A stretch of 64,000 nt of DNA. It comes from Anthoceros angustus. Taxonomy: Eukaryota > Plantae > Anthocerotophyta. Both the position numbers and the translations under genes were made by a program. Positions 11,081-21,700 of this stretch are shown here, piece after piece. Within the stretch, counting starts at the first letter, position 1; each line of letters opens with the position of its first letter. Under the pieces are notes generated by a model, which worked only from the letters and a program-made list of their open reading frames with translations, was not told the DNA's origin and did not search any database. The DNA is taken from contig MU008169.1 in assembly GCA_010909165.1 (NCBI GenBank), positions 1,240,001-1,304,000 of the forward strand, in the 5' to 3' direction.

Positions 11081-12964
11081 TTATTTCTGATCACCATAAG
11101 CTGGTTGCGAGCGCCTGGAGGATTTCGTGCTCGATGATGTTGCTGCCTTAGTGGAAACCAGCAAGGGAGCCTCTACAGCCATGATCATGTTGTCAAAATG
11201 CATGGCAAGCAGGGGCTTGGAGAGCAGGATTTCTTGCACCCCTCGTGTGCCTGCCGGCTCAGAGTCCGCATCTCCGGCCCCCGACAAGGTGACCACGGCA
11301 GCCGGCACCAGCCTCACGCTGCACATTTGCACACACCACCATCCGTCAGGCTTAGCTTTTCGAGCACACCGCAAACTAAGGGTTAGTCTCACCTGCAGAA
11401 GATGCCTCACCTGCAACGTAGATCACACGAGTATTTCAACAGCTCAGGCTTCTGCTTTGTCTTGCCGCTGCAGGCGAAGCAGGTAAAGGGTTCCATGAGT
11501 GAGCTCAGGATGCCTCAAATGTGAGCAGCACCCGTGAATGTTGACGGATCAGGTGATGAACTCCTGACCTGAAACTTGGCAGTGACATCTTGATGCTTGG
11601 CCCGCTCCATTGTCTTGGTAGCTTGTTTTCTATCACCGCTGCCAGAATCACAAGGAATCGGCTATTCAGCGATGATGCAAACAAGACAGAATATTTATCG
11701 ATGATGCAAACAAGACAGAATTACGTACGACAATGCGTAATTTGTCCAAGCTTACTGTCATGGGGAAGCGCGATGTGGCACAGAGATTGAAGGCTTGGCA
11801 CATTCTCCCTTTCCGCGTCAACCTTGAATCCAAAGGTCTCTGCTTTCGATTGTCCGCTGCGGCTTCCTGAAGGCGTAATCTGCTTCCACCTGGCCGGCAG
11901 GTCCCACCATGTTGGACGGACCGGAGAGCATGTCTGTTGCACAGGGACGAAGACTAGTGATCCTGTGTTAGTCTTTTTGTGAGCATCGGGCGAGATGGGA
12001 AAGAAAGTGAACGCAAGAAGAGAAACTGGCCAAGGAACTCGCCTGTGAGAACTGAGCAAACTGGCTGGGGAGTCCTACGTCCTGCAGGATGCAACATGGA
12101 GCAAGAAGGAAGGGAAGAGCGTGATCGGAACCTGCTTGCAACAACTCACATATTCGAAGACTGATGACTGCAAGAAGGCTCAGGCATGCCTACCTTCCTA
12201 CCATGATCTCGCGCTTCTTCACTGCTGACAAGTACCTTTGCAGCCCAGCTGTGAGAAGCAGTACCACAGGCTCAACAATATTCCACCTACCATTGCTAAA
12301 GACACAGTCTTCCACCAACCATTGCAGAAGACACTGTCTGCCAGAGCAGAGCCAGAGGGGTATAAGTATAGTCAAAGCCTACACACGCGCAAGAGGTTGG
12401 AGGATTCCACACTATGCCCGCGATGACAACGAGCTGCAGCAGCAGTGGTACATCACTCGGTCAGTCCGTTTCCAGCATGATGGAGACAAGGGCAAGCATG
12501 CTGGATTCAGGTAACCGGGCTGTGATAACCTCGTCAAAAACACCAGCGGGGCTGCCATTGTAGCGTGCAAGGTACAGTCCTCCCAGGGTGTAACTGTTGC
12601 AGGCAATGCCATCCATCCATCCGTCAATCAAGCCATGAATCCTTACACCAGCAGGCCCCAGCTTGAGGCAGTCAGACCCAGCTCCTCCCTCACCCGAAGG
12701 CTTGCACCAGCTTGAGCTCCGGCGGGACGAAGCGCTGAGCCACTTCCGCTTTCACCAGATGCAGCTGGTACAATGCTCTGCAAGGACAAAGAATGCCGCT
12801 CCACTCGGTCTCAAACCAGCCGACCCACAAATGTTCTTGCCTGGCCTGCTTGCAAGAAGGCAGGGGAGGAAGGGGAGAAGGAGGAGAAGAGTCACTGACC
12901 TGCCCGTGAACAGCCAGGGGGGTCCATCGCTGTAGGCTCCAGTGCGACCCTCCTTGGCGTCCAT
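11081..12964 (-). CDS. NXD1: NEOXANTHIN-DEFICIENT 1 homolog, 10 exons: 12964-12900, 12777-12694, 12593-12530, 12433-12387, 12248-12194, 12081-12043, 11933-11756, 11638-11569, 11467-11411, 11318-11081
   Basis: Spliced translation MDAKEG..GPPWLFTGR|ALYQLHLVKAEVA..LVQAFG|YTLGGLYLARYNGSPAGVFDE|LVVIAGIVWNPPTSCA|WAAKVLVSSEEARDHGRK|DVGLPSQ..GPSIKMSLPSFSG..LLKYSC..LLSKPLLAMHF..VEAP matches the plant NXD1 family; all intron phases consistent (one GC-AG). Confidence 0.9.
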
Positions 12965-13382
12965 CTCGCAGCGCCCAGCTTCGGAGTCGTTTCCTGAGAC
13001 GACTCCACACTTCAGTTCACCGTCTTGTTGCCCATGCCATGCCAGCCGGCTGCCGTTATCCAATTGCTCCACGTCACCTTGATGCGATGCTGTGTTGCTT
13101 TGTTTTCGTGTTTCAGCTGAACAGTGTGAACAGGGAGACTACAGGAAGTGCCTCTGGCGTCGCTATACGTTTTGCCTACGTGGGGTGAGGTACGTACATG
13201 CGGCTAGGTACTGTAGAGTAGTTGGTGGCATTTGCACTTCGTTCTTCGTTCCTGTCTCCTGTTCCACGTACAGTACATGCGTACTGTTTGTGAGTGTGCA
13301 CAGTTGCAACCACGGTTGTGCCATGGTCGTCTCGTCGTAGACACGAGACGCATTGTATTCCACCCACTGGCTCCTAGGAGCC

Positions 13383-16300
13383 ATGGCTGTGTGGAGCGGG
13401 GTAATTGAGCCACCCAAAGGGCAACAGGATCTGTGGAGGGGACAGTTTGTGTGGACCCAAGAGATTGGTGGGTTTGGTGGAAGAGCTCCCACCCACCTGA
13501 CTTCAAGGAACCAGACTATGGGGGGACAAATTTTTCTGGAGAAGTCCTATTCGTCTGGATTCCGGCACAAGGAGTACCAGGAGACCCTCCGGTTGAACAG
13601 CTTCGGCAAGGAAGGTTCGGGGGATGGACAGCAGCTGGCTGCTCTGGGACTGCACATGGGGCCTCTTGCCCCAGCATCCAGCTGGAGAGAGCTGGTTCAT
13701 TCTGAGCCTTTCAGGTCTCCAGGATACGAAATGGGCTTCAACGCTGAGACAGTGATCGAGCTATGTCAGCAGGGGCAGGTGAGTGAGGCGGTTGAGGCTC
13801 TGGGGCTCATGGTGCAAGCAGAATGTCGTGTTGCCAAATCTCTGGTGTATGCCGTACTGAAAGAGTGTGTGGCTAAGAGGGATCTGGCCCTGGGTCGCTG
13901 TGTTCATGCTTTGAGTGTGAGGAAGGGGTATGAGTCGGACACGTTCTTGTGCAACCACATCCTGCGGATGTATGCTTCCCATGCCAGGTTGGAAGAAGCG
14001 ATGGATGTGTTCAGTGCGGTTGCGGAGCCAGATGCCTTTACTTGGTCGGCCATCATTTCTGCGCACGTCAAACAAGGGCACGATAAGCAGGCTGTGCAAC
14101 TGTATCACCGAATGCGCAGGTCGGGTGTAAAACCAGATGCCCATGTCTTTGTAGCAGCCCTGCAGGCTTGTGCCAGGGGAGTGGACTTGGAATCTGGGCA
14201 GAAGGTGCATGCTGATGTGCTGGCTGGTGGCCTTCAGCGTGATTTGTTTGTTAGCAGCTGTTTGGTGGACATGTATGCAAAGTGTGGCTGCTTGGAAGAC
14301 GCTCAAAGGTTGTTTGACGGGCTTCCTCGAAAGGATGTGGTGACATGGAGTGCCCTGATTGCAGGGTATTCCCAGCAGGGTATGGGTCAGGAAGCTCTTC
14401 GTCTTTATAGTTGTATGCAAGAAGAAGGCATTGTTGCACCCAATTCGGTGACATTTCTGTGCTTGTTGCAGGCGTGTGCAAGTGTGGGCCCTCCAGCTTT
14501 GGCCAAGGGGAGGCAACTTCATGCACAAATCAGAGATCAAGAGCTACAGACTGATGTGTTTGTGGCCAACAGCTTGGTGAACATGTATGCCAAGTGTGGG
14601 AACCTGGAGGCTGCTCGGGATGTGTTTGAGGGGCTTGGTCGAAAAACTGTGGTGACATGGAATGTCATGATAGCAGGATATTCCCAGCAAGGCATGGGGC
14701 AAGAGGCCTTGCGGCTGTACAGGGCTATGCAAGAGGAAGGCATGATGGCACTCAGCTCGGCAACATGTGTGTGCCTGCTGCAGGCATGTGCAAGTGCGGG
14801 CACCCACGGTTTGGAGAAGGGAAGGCAACTTCATGCACAGATAAGGGAAGAAGGGCTTCAAGCTGATGTGTTTGTAGCCAGCAGTTTGGTAAACATGTAT
14901 GCAAAATGTGGCAGCCTTGAGGATGCTCGGAAAGTGTTTGATGCACTTCATCAGAAGGATGTGGTAACTTGGGGTGCTATGATAGCAGGATATTCCCAGC
15001 AGGGCATGGGATGGGAAGCCCTTCAACTCTACAGGGCCATGCGAGAAGAAGGCATTGTCGCACCTGATTCTGTGACATTCATGTGCCTCTTGCAGGCATG
15101 TGCAAGTGTGGGCACCCCGGCCTTGGAGGAAGGGAAGCAGCTTCACGCACAAATTAGAGAAAGAGGACTCCTGGCTGATGTGGCCGTAGGGGGGAGACTT
15201 GTAAATATGTATGTGAAGTGTGGCAGCTTAGTGGATGCTCAAGATGTGTTTGTCAGGCTTCGTGAAAAGAATGTGGTGACATGGAATGTTATGATAACAG
15301 GATATTCCCAGCTGGGCATGGCGCAGGAAGCCCTTGGACTCTACAAGGTTATGCAAGAAGAAGGCATTGTCACACCTGACTGTGTGACGTTTGCGGGCCT
15401 ACTTCAGTCATGTGTAAGTTTGGGGACACCGGCTCTTGAGCAGGGTAGGCAACTTGATGCACAGATCAGAGAACGAGGACTTCAGGCTGATCTGTTTGTA
15501 GCCAGCAGTTTGGTAAACATGTATGCTAAGTGTGGCAGCCTAGAAGATGCTCGGGCCATCTTTGATAGACTTTCCCAGAAAGATGTGGTGACATGGAGTA
15601 CCATAATAGCAGGATATTCTCAGCAGGGAATGGGGCAAGAAGCCCTTAATCTTTACAGGGCTATGCAAGAGGAAGGCGAAGCTGCACCCACTTCTGTGAC
15701 ATATGTGTGCCTACTGCAAGCTTGTGCTAGTGTGGGCACTCTGGCTTTAGAGAAAGGGAAGCAGATTCATGTAAAGGTTAAAGAGCACGGATTTCAGGGT
15801 GATGCTTTTGTAGCCAGCAGTTTGGTAAATATGTATGCAAAGTGTGGCAGCCTAGAAGATGCTCGCACTGTCTTCGATGGACTAGATGAAAGAAATGTGG
15901 TAATGTGGAATGCCATGCTGGCAGGCTATGCCCAGCATGGCATGGGGCAGGAAGCCCTTCGTCTTTACACGGCCATGCAAGAAGAATGCAGTGTCACACC
16001 CGACTCTGTGACTTTTGTGTCCCTCCTTCAGGCATGTGCAATTGTGGGTATTCCTGCTTTGGAGACGGGAAAGCAGCTTCATGCACAAATGACAGAATTA
16101 GGGCTTCTAGGGGATGAGTTTGTAGCCAGCAGTTTGATAAACATGTATGCGAAGTGCGGCAGCCTAGAGAGTGCTCATGACATGTTTGACGAACTTCCTC
16201 AGAATCAGAAGCATGTGGTTACATGGAATGCCATGATAGCAGGATATTCCCAGAAGGGCATGGGGCTAGAGGCCCTGAGGCTTTACAAGGCTATGCAGGA

Positions 16301-17120
16301 AGAAGGCATGGCAGCAGCTGATTCCGTCACATTTTTGTGCCTGGTGCAGGCATGTGCAAATGTGGCAGCCTTGAATCTGGGAAGGCAGCTTCATGCACAA
16401 ATTAAAGAAGCAGGGCTTCAAGCTGATATGCTTGTAGCCGGCAGTTTGATAAGCATGTATGGGAAGTGTGGTAGCATGGAGGATGCAGAGCAGGTTTTTG
16501 AGGCAATGTCGAAAAGGGATGTTGCTGCCTGGAATGCATTGATCGCAGGGTACACCAATCAAGGAAACAGTAGAGAGGTCTTTCACTTGGTTCTGAGAAT
16601 GAGAGAGAGTGGCATACAACCAGACAGCATCACCTTCTCTTGTATACTAACAGTATGTAGTCATACGGGTCTTGTGAACGAAGGGCGAAGATACTTCGAG
16701 GCGATGAGTAGACAGTATGGCATTACTCCCGCGGCAGAGCACTACACATGCATGGTGGATCTCCTGGGTCGTGCAGGGCACCTGGACGAGGCGCTGTCGT
16801 TGGCAACGACAATGCCATTTCCACCTGATGCTGCAGTTTGGAACACTCTGCTGGGTGCTTGTCGAAAGTGGAGCAACGTGGAGGTGGGTCGCCATGCGTT
16901 TGATGAAGCTGTGAAGGTGGACAAGAACGATGCTGGAGCATACCTGTTGATGTCAAACATATATGCTGGTGCCCAGATGTGGGAGCGTGCACGGGAGGTG
17001 CAGGCATGGAAAGCAGGAATTGGAGTCCGGAAGGAGCCAGGCCAGAGTTGGTGGACAGACATGGACGGGCTGGTGCTGAGTTTCTCAGTTGGGTACAAGA
17101 AGTACGTATCCCGGGAGTGA
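13383..17120 (+). CDS. PLS-class pentatricopeptide repeat protein with E1/E2 and PG(WW) box, truncated before the DYW deaminase core (organellar RNA-editing factor type)
   Basis: Intronless ORF (first ATG 13383); nine L-S-P triplets of ~104 aa (MY.KCG.L / VVTW..MIAGY), then L2-S2 (HYTCMVDLLGRAG), E1/E2 (WNTLLGACR; YLLMSNIYA) and RKEPGQSWWTD. Confidence 0.95.
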   Translation: MAVWSGVIEPPKGQQDLWRGQFVWTQEIGGFGGRAPTHLTSRNQTMGGQIFLEKSYSSGFRHKEYQETLRLNSFGKEGSGDGQQLAALGLHMGPLAPASSWRELVHSEPFRSPGYEMGFNAETVIELCQQGQVSEAVEALGLMVQAECRVAKSLVYAVLKECVAKRDLALGRCVHALSVRKGYESDTFLCNHILRMYASHARLEEAMDVFSAVAEPDAFTWSAIISAHVKQGHDKQAVQLYHRMRRSGVKPDAHVFVAALQACARGVDLESGQKVHADVLAGGLQRDLFVSSCLVDMYAKCGCLEDAQRLFDGLPRKDVVTWSALIAGYSQQGMGQEALRLYSCMQEEGIVAPNSVTFLCLLQACASVGPPALAKGRQLHAQIRDQELQTDVFVANSLVNMYAKCGNLEAARDVFEGLGRKTVVTWNVMIAGYSQQGMGQEALRLYRAMQEEGMMALSSATCVCLLQACASAGTHGLEKGRQLHAQIREEGLQADVFVASSLVNMYAKCGSLEDARKVFDALHQKDVVTWGAMIAGYSQQGMGWEALQLYRAMREEGIVAPDSVTFMCLLQACASVGTPALEEGKQLHAQIRERGLLADVAVGGRLVNMYVKCGSLVDAQDVFVRLREKNVVTWNVMITGYSQLGMAQEALGLYKVMQEEGIVTPDCVTFAGLLQSCVSLGTPALEQGRQLDAQIRERGLQADLFVASSLVNMYAKCGSLEDARAIFDRLSQKDVVTWSTIIAGYSQQGMGQEALNLYRAMQEEGEAAPTSVTYVCLLQACASVGTLALEKGKQIHVKVKEHGFQGDAFVASSLVNMYAKCGSLEDARTVFDGLDERNVVMWNAMLAGYAQHGMGQEALRLYTAMQEECSVTPDSVTFVSLLQACAIVGIPALETGKQLHAQMTELGLLGDEFVASSLINMYAKCGSLESAHDMFDELPQNQKHVVTWNAMIAGYSQKGMGLEALRLYKAMQEEGMAAADSVTFLCLVQACANVAALNLGRQLHAQIKEAGLQADMLVAGSLISMYGKCGSMEDAEQVFEAMSKRDVAAWNALIAGYTNQGNSREVFHLVLRMRESGIQPDSITFSCILTVCSHTGLVNEGRRYFEAMSRQYGITPAAEHYTCMVDLLGRAGHLDEALSLATTMPFPPDAAVWNTLLGACRKWSNVEVGRHAFDEAVKVDKNDAGAYLLMSNIYAGAQMWERAREVQAWKAGIGVRKEPGQSWWTDMDGLVLSFSVGYKKYVSRE

Positions 17121-17359
17121 AGCAGGGCTGAAAGATGGATGTGTGCCACATCTGGCAGGCATAATCTCATGACGGAAGGGAAGAGCACTAGTGTTGGCAC
17201 AGCGAGACGCTGTCTGCGTACATACAGATACCCTGGCCGATGTGACCAAGTCTACCTCCACTCATTGTGAAAAACCTTCCCGTGGATTATCATGCCGCCA
17301 CGCGCCACATATCCGAAGTACATCCAAGCCGGGGGAACGGAAATGACGAGTACTGGTAG
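17119..17359 (+). pseudogene. Fossil DYW deaminase domain behind the PPR stop codon
   Basis: Out-of-frame remnants LKDGCVPHL, REEH*CWHSETLS (HSE 17198-17206), LIVKNLPVDYHAATRHISEV (from 17261) and terminal EYW* (17348-17359) in DYW-domain order. Confidence 0.85.
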
Positions 17360-18414
17360 TAAGCCTTAAGGGCTGGCTGCCCGCAACCTCTCCACATTCA
17401 ATTTCACAGAACCTGAGCAACAGAGAATCTTGGGTTTCCATGGTTTTTCCAGTACCAAGCCACTGGGCCCGTGTTGGCGTAGGTAACCTATACACCAGTC
17501 ATTGCCAACCATCCTCCCAGTCCAACCAGGAACTGGGAGGATGGTTTCTTATGGAACTCAACACCTGTCGATCTGCTGTCGAGCAACAGGTCCCATGTTA
17601 TGTTCCCCTTCCTGGCAGTGGTTCCCGGTTTCTAGTTCCCAGGACGGCGGGAAAGCAATCCAACTGGCTACATACATATGTAGCTCGCACTTAAATGTTA
17701 CCTGGGTGGCCGAGGCTCAGGTTGCGCTAGCCATGTGTGTACACACCTTTATTCAGGAGCTTTTCGAGCATGTGGGCTCGCCCGGAACACCCATCTGGAA
17801 GTCGATCCTGTGACTAAATCTACACCACCTAGTATGTCGGTACATATTGCGGAAGGCCATCACTGTATATTCTGGCCGGGCTTCATCCGCGGGCTCCAAG
17901 TGGAATCGGAGCCTGTGGCCCGTCCAGTGAGATTGTCAGAAGCTCCATGGACTAGTGCCGACGAAGATCGAGGGCAGCAGCGGAGAATCCTTGCATTGCG
18001 GCGCGGGGAGTGGATACGTCCTGGACATAATGGTCAGCTATGCCGGAGTGTTCTCTTCCGAGGGAGATTGCATCGGAAACCCTAGATATGTTCCTACTGT
18101 AGTGTAAGTGCCGACGTATGTACAGTAGGTCTGCACGAGGATACCTTTCCTCCCCTGTGGATGTAAGAGACGATTGGAGGGGAAGAGAAATCGTCGGCCT
18201 CTGTCAGCTCCTGCGCATCACCTGCCTGCTCCCTGCGCGACTCAGATTTTAGAGAAAATAAATATATGAGTAAAAGTTTAGTTGATCCCTAGACCTGCCC
18301 GTCAAGGCTAGAATGAGGGCCGGACACACAAGAAACGATTCGCAGCTGGCAGGGGGCTCACAACCTAAGTAAAAGGGACAAGAGACGATTTTCGAGCGTT
18401 TGGAGCGGAAGCGC

Positions 18415-18515
18415 GAGGCCGAGAGCAGGCGCAGGCGCAGGCGCGGCAGGGGCGGGCCGAGGCGAGGCGAGGCGAGGTGGCAGGGGGCGGGAGGCCGGGC
18501 CGGGCAGGGCAGGGA
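18415..18515 (+). repeat. GC-rich microsatellite-like leader (GCAGGC)n/(GAGGC)n upstream of PP4R3
   Basis: gcaggc x3 and gaggc x3-4 directly visible. Confidence 0.6.
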
Positions 18516-18722
18516 GGTTCTGCGAAAGGCACGCAGCGTACGGTCATCGTCTCAGGAGCTGGGTTCGGACTGCAAGAATGCGGCCCCGTGAGGTCGTCCC
18601 TTCCAACGCCGCGCCCTTCCTCTCCCGCGAGGTGGGGCTCCAGTGAAATTCTGCTCCATACCGGTTTATTGGATCCAAGCTGTGTGCAGACAGTGGTCAT
18701 GTTGGCGTAATGCCTGTGCAGC

Positions 18723-21700
18723 ATGGCGCACCAAGGAGAAGTAAGCTCCTCTTGCTCCAAATCGCCGTTGAGCTGGAAATCAGCCTAGCCTTGTGGTTTG
18801 CCTGATTGCTCGTGTGTCAGAGTCTCGGAGGATATGAGCTGGGCCCGAATTGGGTCTCAGGCTTGAGTCTGTGCGGTTGTGGCTGTGTGTCCCTCGCCAT
18901 CCCTAGTTTTGGTCTGTTTGGGATTTGGAGGTGTGCGTGAGCGTCAGTGTGAGAGTGCTGGCGTCGTGGTTTAGTTGTGGCAGCGTGGCTGGGATGGTGA
19001 GGATGAAGTTGACGCGTGTCTGTGTGGGCCGTGCAGCGCGTCAAGGTGTATCGGTTGAACGAAGAAGGGAAGTGGGACGATAAGGGTACAGGGCATGTCT
19101 ACGTCGAGTACCTTGAGGTATGGCGTTGCGTTTGTTTGTCCGTGTTTTGTGAGCTGTGGGAAAATTTAACTACGTAGGGGAGTCGCTGACAAGGTTGTTT
19201 GTCCTCTTGCCGCAGCGCTCTGAGGCTGTTGGGCTTGTCGTGATTGATGAGGAGGACAATGCAACAACCTTGCTAATACATCGGATATCTGCTGACGATG
19301 TATACCGCAGGAAGGAAGGTACTCCTCGGGGCTTCCTTGACTACATTCTTACATTTTATGCATGCATGTCTCTCTTTCAGTGTGTCGAGCAAGGCTTGCA
19401 TGCTTGGGATGGGGGTGTCGGGAAGTCTTATGTGAGTGCAAGTCAGTATGTATTGGTTTGCACCCTCTTTGAGGTCTTCAGCTTTATTTAGGTCTGAGAT
19501 GTTTTGATGGTGGCCGTGTAGAAACCATTATATCATGGAAGGATCCAGAGGTTGCAACAGATCTGGCCCTCAGTTTCCAGGAATCAATGGGATGCTCGTT
19601 CATCTGGTATTGGAATGTTTTGGTCCCTGGTTTACTTGGAGCAATGGCCTGAGGATTTTTTCTGTGCCTGCAGTCCTGACTGCCAATGTTTGCAGGGATC
19701 AGATTCGCAATGTGCAAGGTACAATCCCCTTCCCGTCTGTTGGAGGTAGGCGATCGCATGGTCTTGTGTCACTTGTATGTGATTGGCTTCTCCTATAATG
19801 TTCTCCCAGGAAACACTCTGACACTGGTGGTATTTCGTTCTGTCAGGCATAGATGCTGGTCCACGCGCCGTGTACAATGACTTTGAGCACTCAGGCACGT
19901 CACATGAGGAAGGTGAGATCCTGGAAGTGATGTGGGCTGAACCAGGGATCAGAATCAGTCAGTCAGTCAGTATGGGAGGGAATGGCATGTCATTCCGGCT
20001 CCTTTTCAACATCAATTCTGTCCTTTGTAGATTTCCTTTGGAGCATTTCAATCATGTTGGTTGAGGAATGATTTTCTGGTTCCTCTGAAAGATTGCATGC
20101 AAACGTTCATGCAGGTGCTGGCGGTGATATGATTGAATTGCCTGTACCGGAGCTGGCCAACCTTCCTCAAATTGTGAAGGTGGGTCAGTCACACACACTC
20201 CTCATGTATTTTATGGTCTCAAATGTCTCCTATGCATGTGCTCTGTGCAGATTGCCTGTTTCTTGGTGAGTTAAGCAGACAGAGACAACTCGGTCTAAAG
20301 TAGGCAGTCTCTGCTGGCTTTCGCTGGATTTTTTGTGATTGTTAGGGCTTGGTTCCAACCTCATTTGAACCTCGCTGAGCAACAAAGCAGAGATGATAGG
20401 TAATTCTCTGCTGCTCATGCTGTGAAGTTTTCACCATTTTACTTTTAAGAACAAATCTGTGGCTATCACATGCCCAACCTGAGATTTCCTTCCCCTTCCT
20501 TCTTCAGCCAGCTCTCTCGCTGATCAGTAATCGGTATTCCTGGTTTGTCCTGAATGTGCTCACTGGACATGTGGCTTGATGGTGTGGTTGCTGTCCACAG
20601 ATTTTTTATTTCCTCCAATTATCTTGTGTACTTATTTTGCTTGCTATTTCGGAGCGGCTTTTAGGTAGTGGCGGAGGTTATGCCGTTTGAGCGGCCTCGT
20701 GTTGCTAATCTCATCGATGATGAGGTATGTGATGGGATCTTCCAACGTTAGATCCTTGTTTCTTCATCAAGCCAGTTGATGCTTGTGGTGTGATGTTGTT
20801 GTTATGGTCATGTTACTCTTTGTGACTTTCTGAAAAGTTATGCATTGTCTATTTCTCCTTTCACCAAATGTGCCAAAAGCTTTCTATGAGAAATGCCAGT
20901 GCCATGACGTGCGCCCATCTTTGGAATGTCTCAATGTTTGTTTCGCTGGCAGTTTTCTCATGTTTAAACGTTTGGGCTGATTGCAGTGGAATTACATACA
21001 CAAGTTAGCGGAGGTATTTAGACTTTGTGAAGATCTGGAAAATATTGAGGGTCTTCACATGCTGTACAAGATTGTAAAAGGACTAAGTAAGTTGGGCATG
21101 GCAATTCCAACCATACAACCTACAGCAGTTCATTTCAAGTAGCCTCAATGTTCTCATTTTTGTGGTGCAGTTTTATTGAATGATCCGCGTCTCTTTGAGG
21201 TTCTCTTCAGCAATGAATACATCATGGATGTGGTTGGAGCACTAGAATGTATGCTGATCTTACCCATCTAACAAATGAGTTATCAATTGCCTGAGCTTGG
21301 AAGTTTGCCGGATTATCTCTACATTAACAGTTAAAAGCAGAGCTTCCTTTCGGCAGTCCGTGTTAGTTCTGCTAAAAAGGCACTCTTCTCACTTCTTTCA
21401 AGGCTGCCTCAGACTTCAGATGGATGTCCATGCAGATGATCCAGATCTTCCAGCACGCCAAGAACATCGTCACTTTCTGAAGGACGTTGTCCTCTACAAA
21501 GAGGTAACCTCTGTTTGATTGGGTGGACTGCTGATTTTGTGACATCATTGGTCTACAAGCTGTCTGAGCGGCACGCGCTTTGATGGCTATCTGCTGACTT
21601 CTGGAATGTCTGATTCAGGCTGTCCCTATTCACGACCTCTCGATTCTGTCCAAGATTCATCAGACATATCGCATTACATATACAAAGGTAAAAGACTGTC

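Noticed and set aside
13761-17200. Long antisense ORFs within the PPR gene (and within the giant gene)
   Set aside because: Shadow ORFs caused by codon bias and repetition on the coding strand.
17119-17359. Rescue of the DYW relic by RNA editing or read-through
   Set aside because: Two frameshifts, deletions and loss of the CxxC ligands cannot be repaired by base editing, which in plants is organellar.
17400-18300. Possible spliced minus-strand gene with a U12-like donor (AAG|GTATCCT near 18143)
   Set aside because: No stop-free exon chain or recognisable protein could be assembled.
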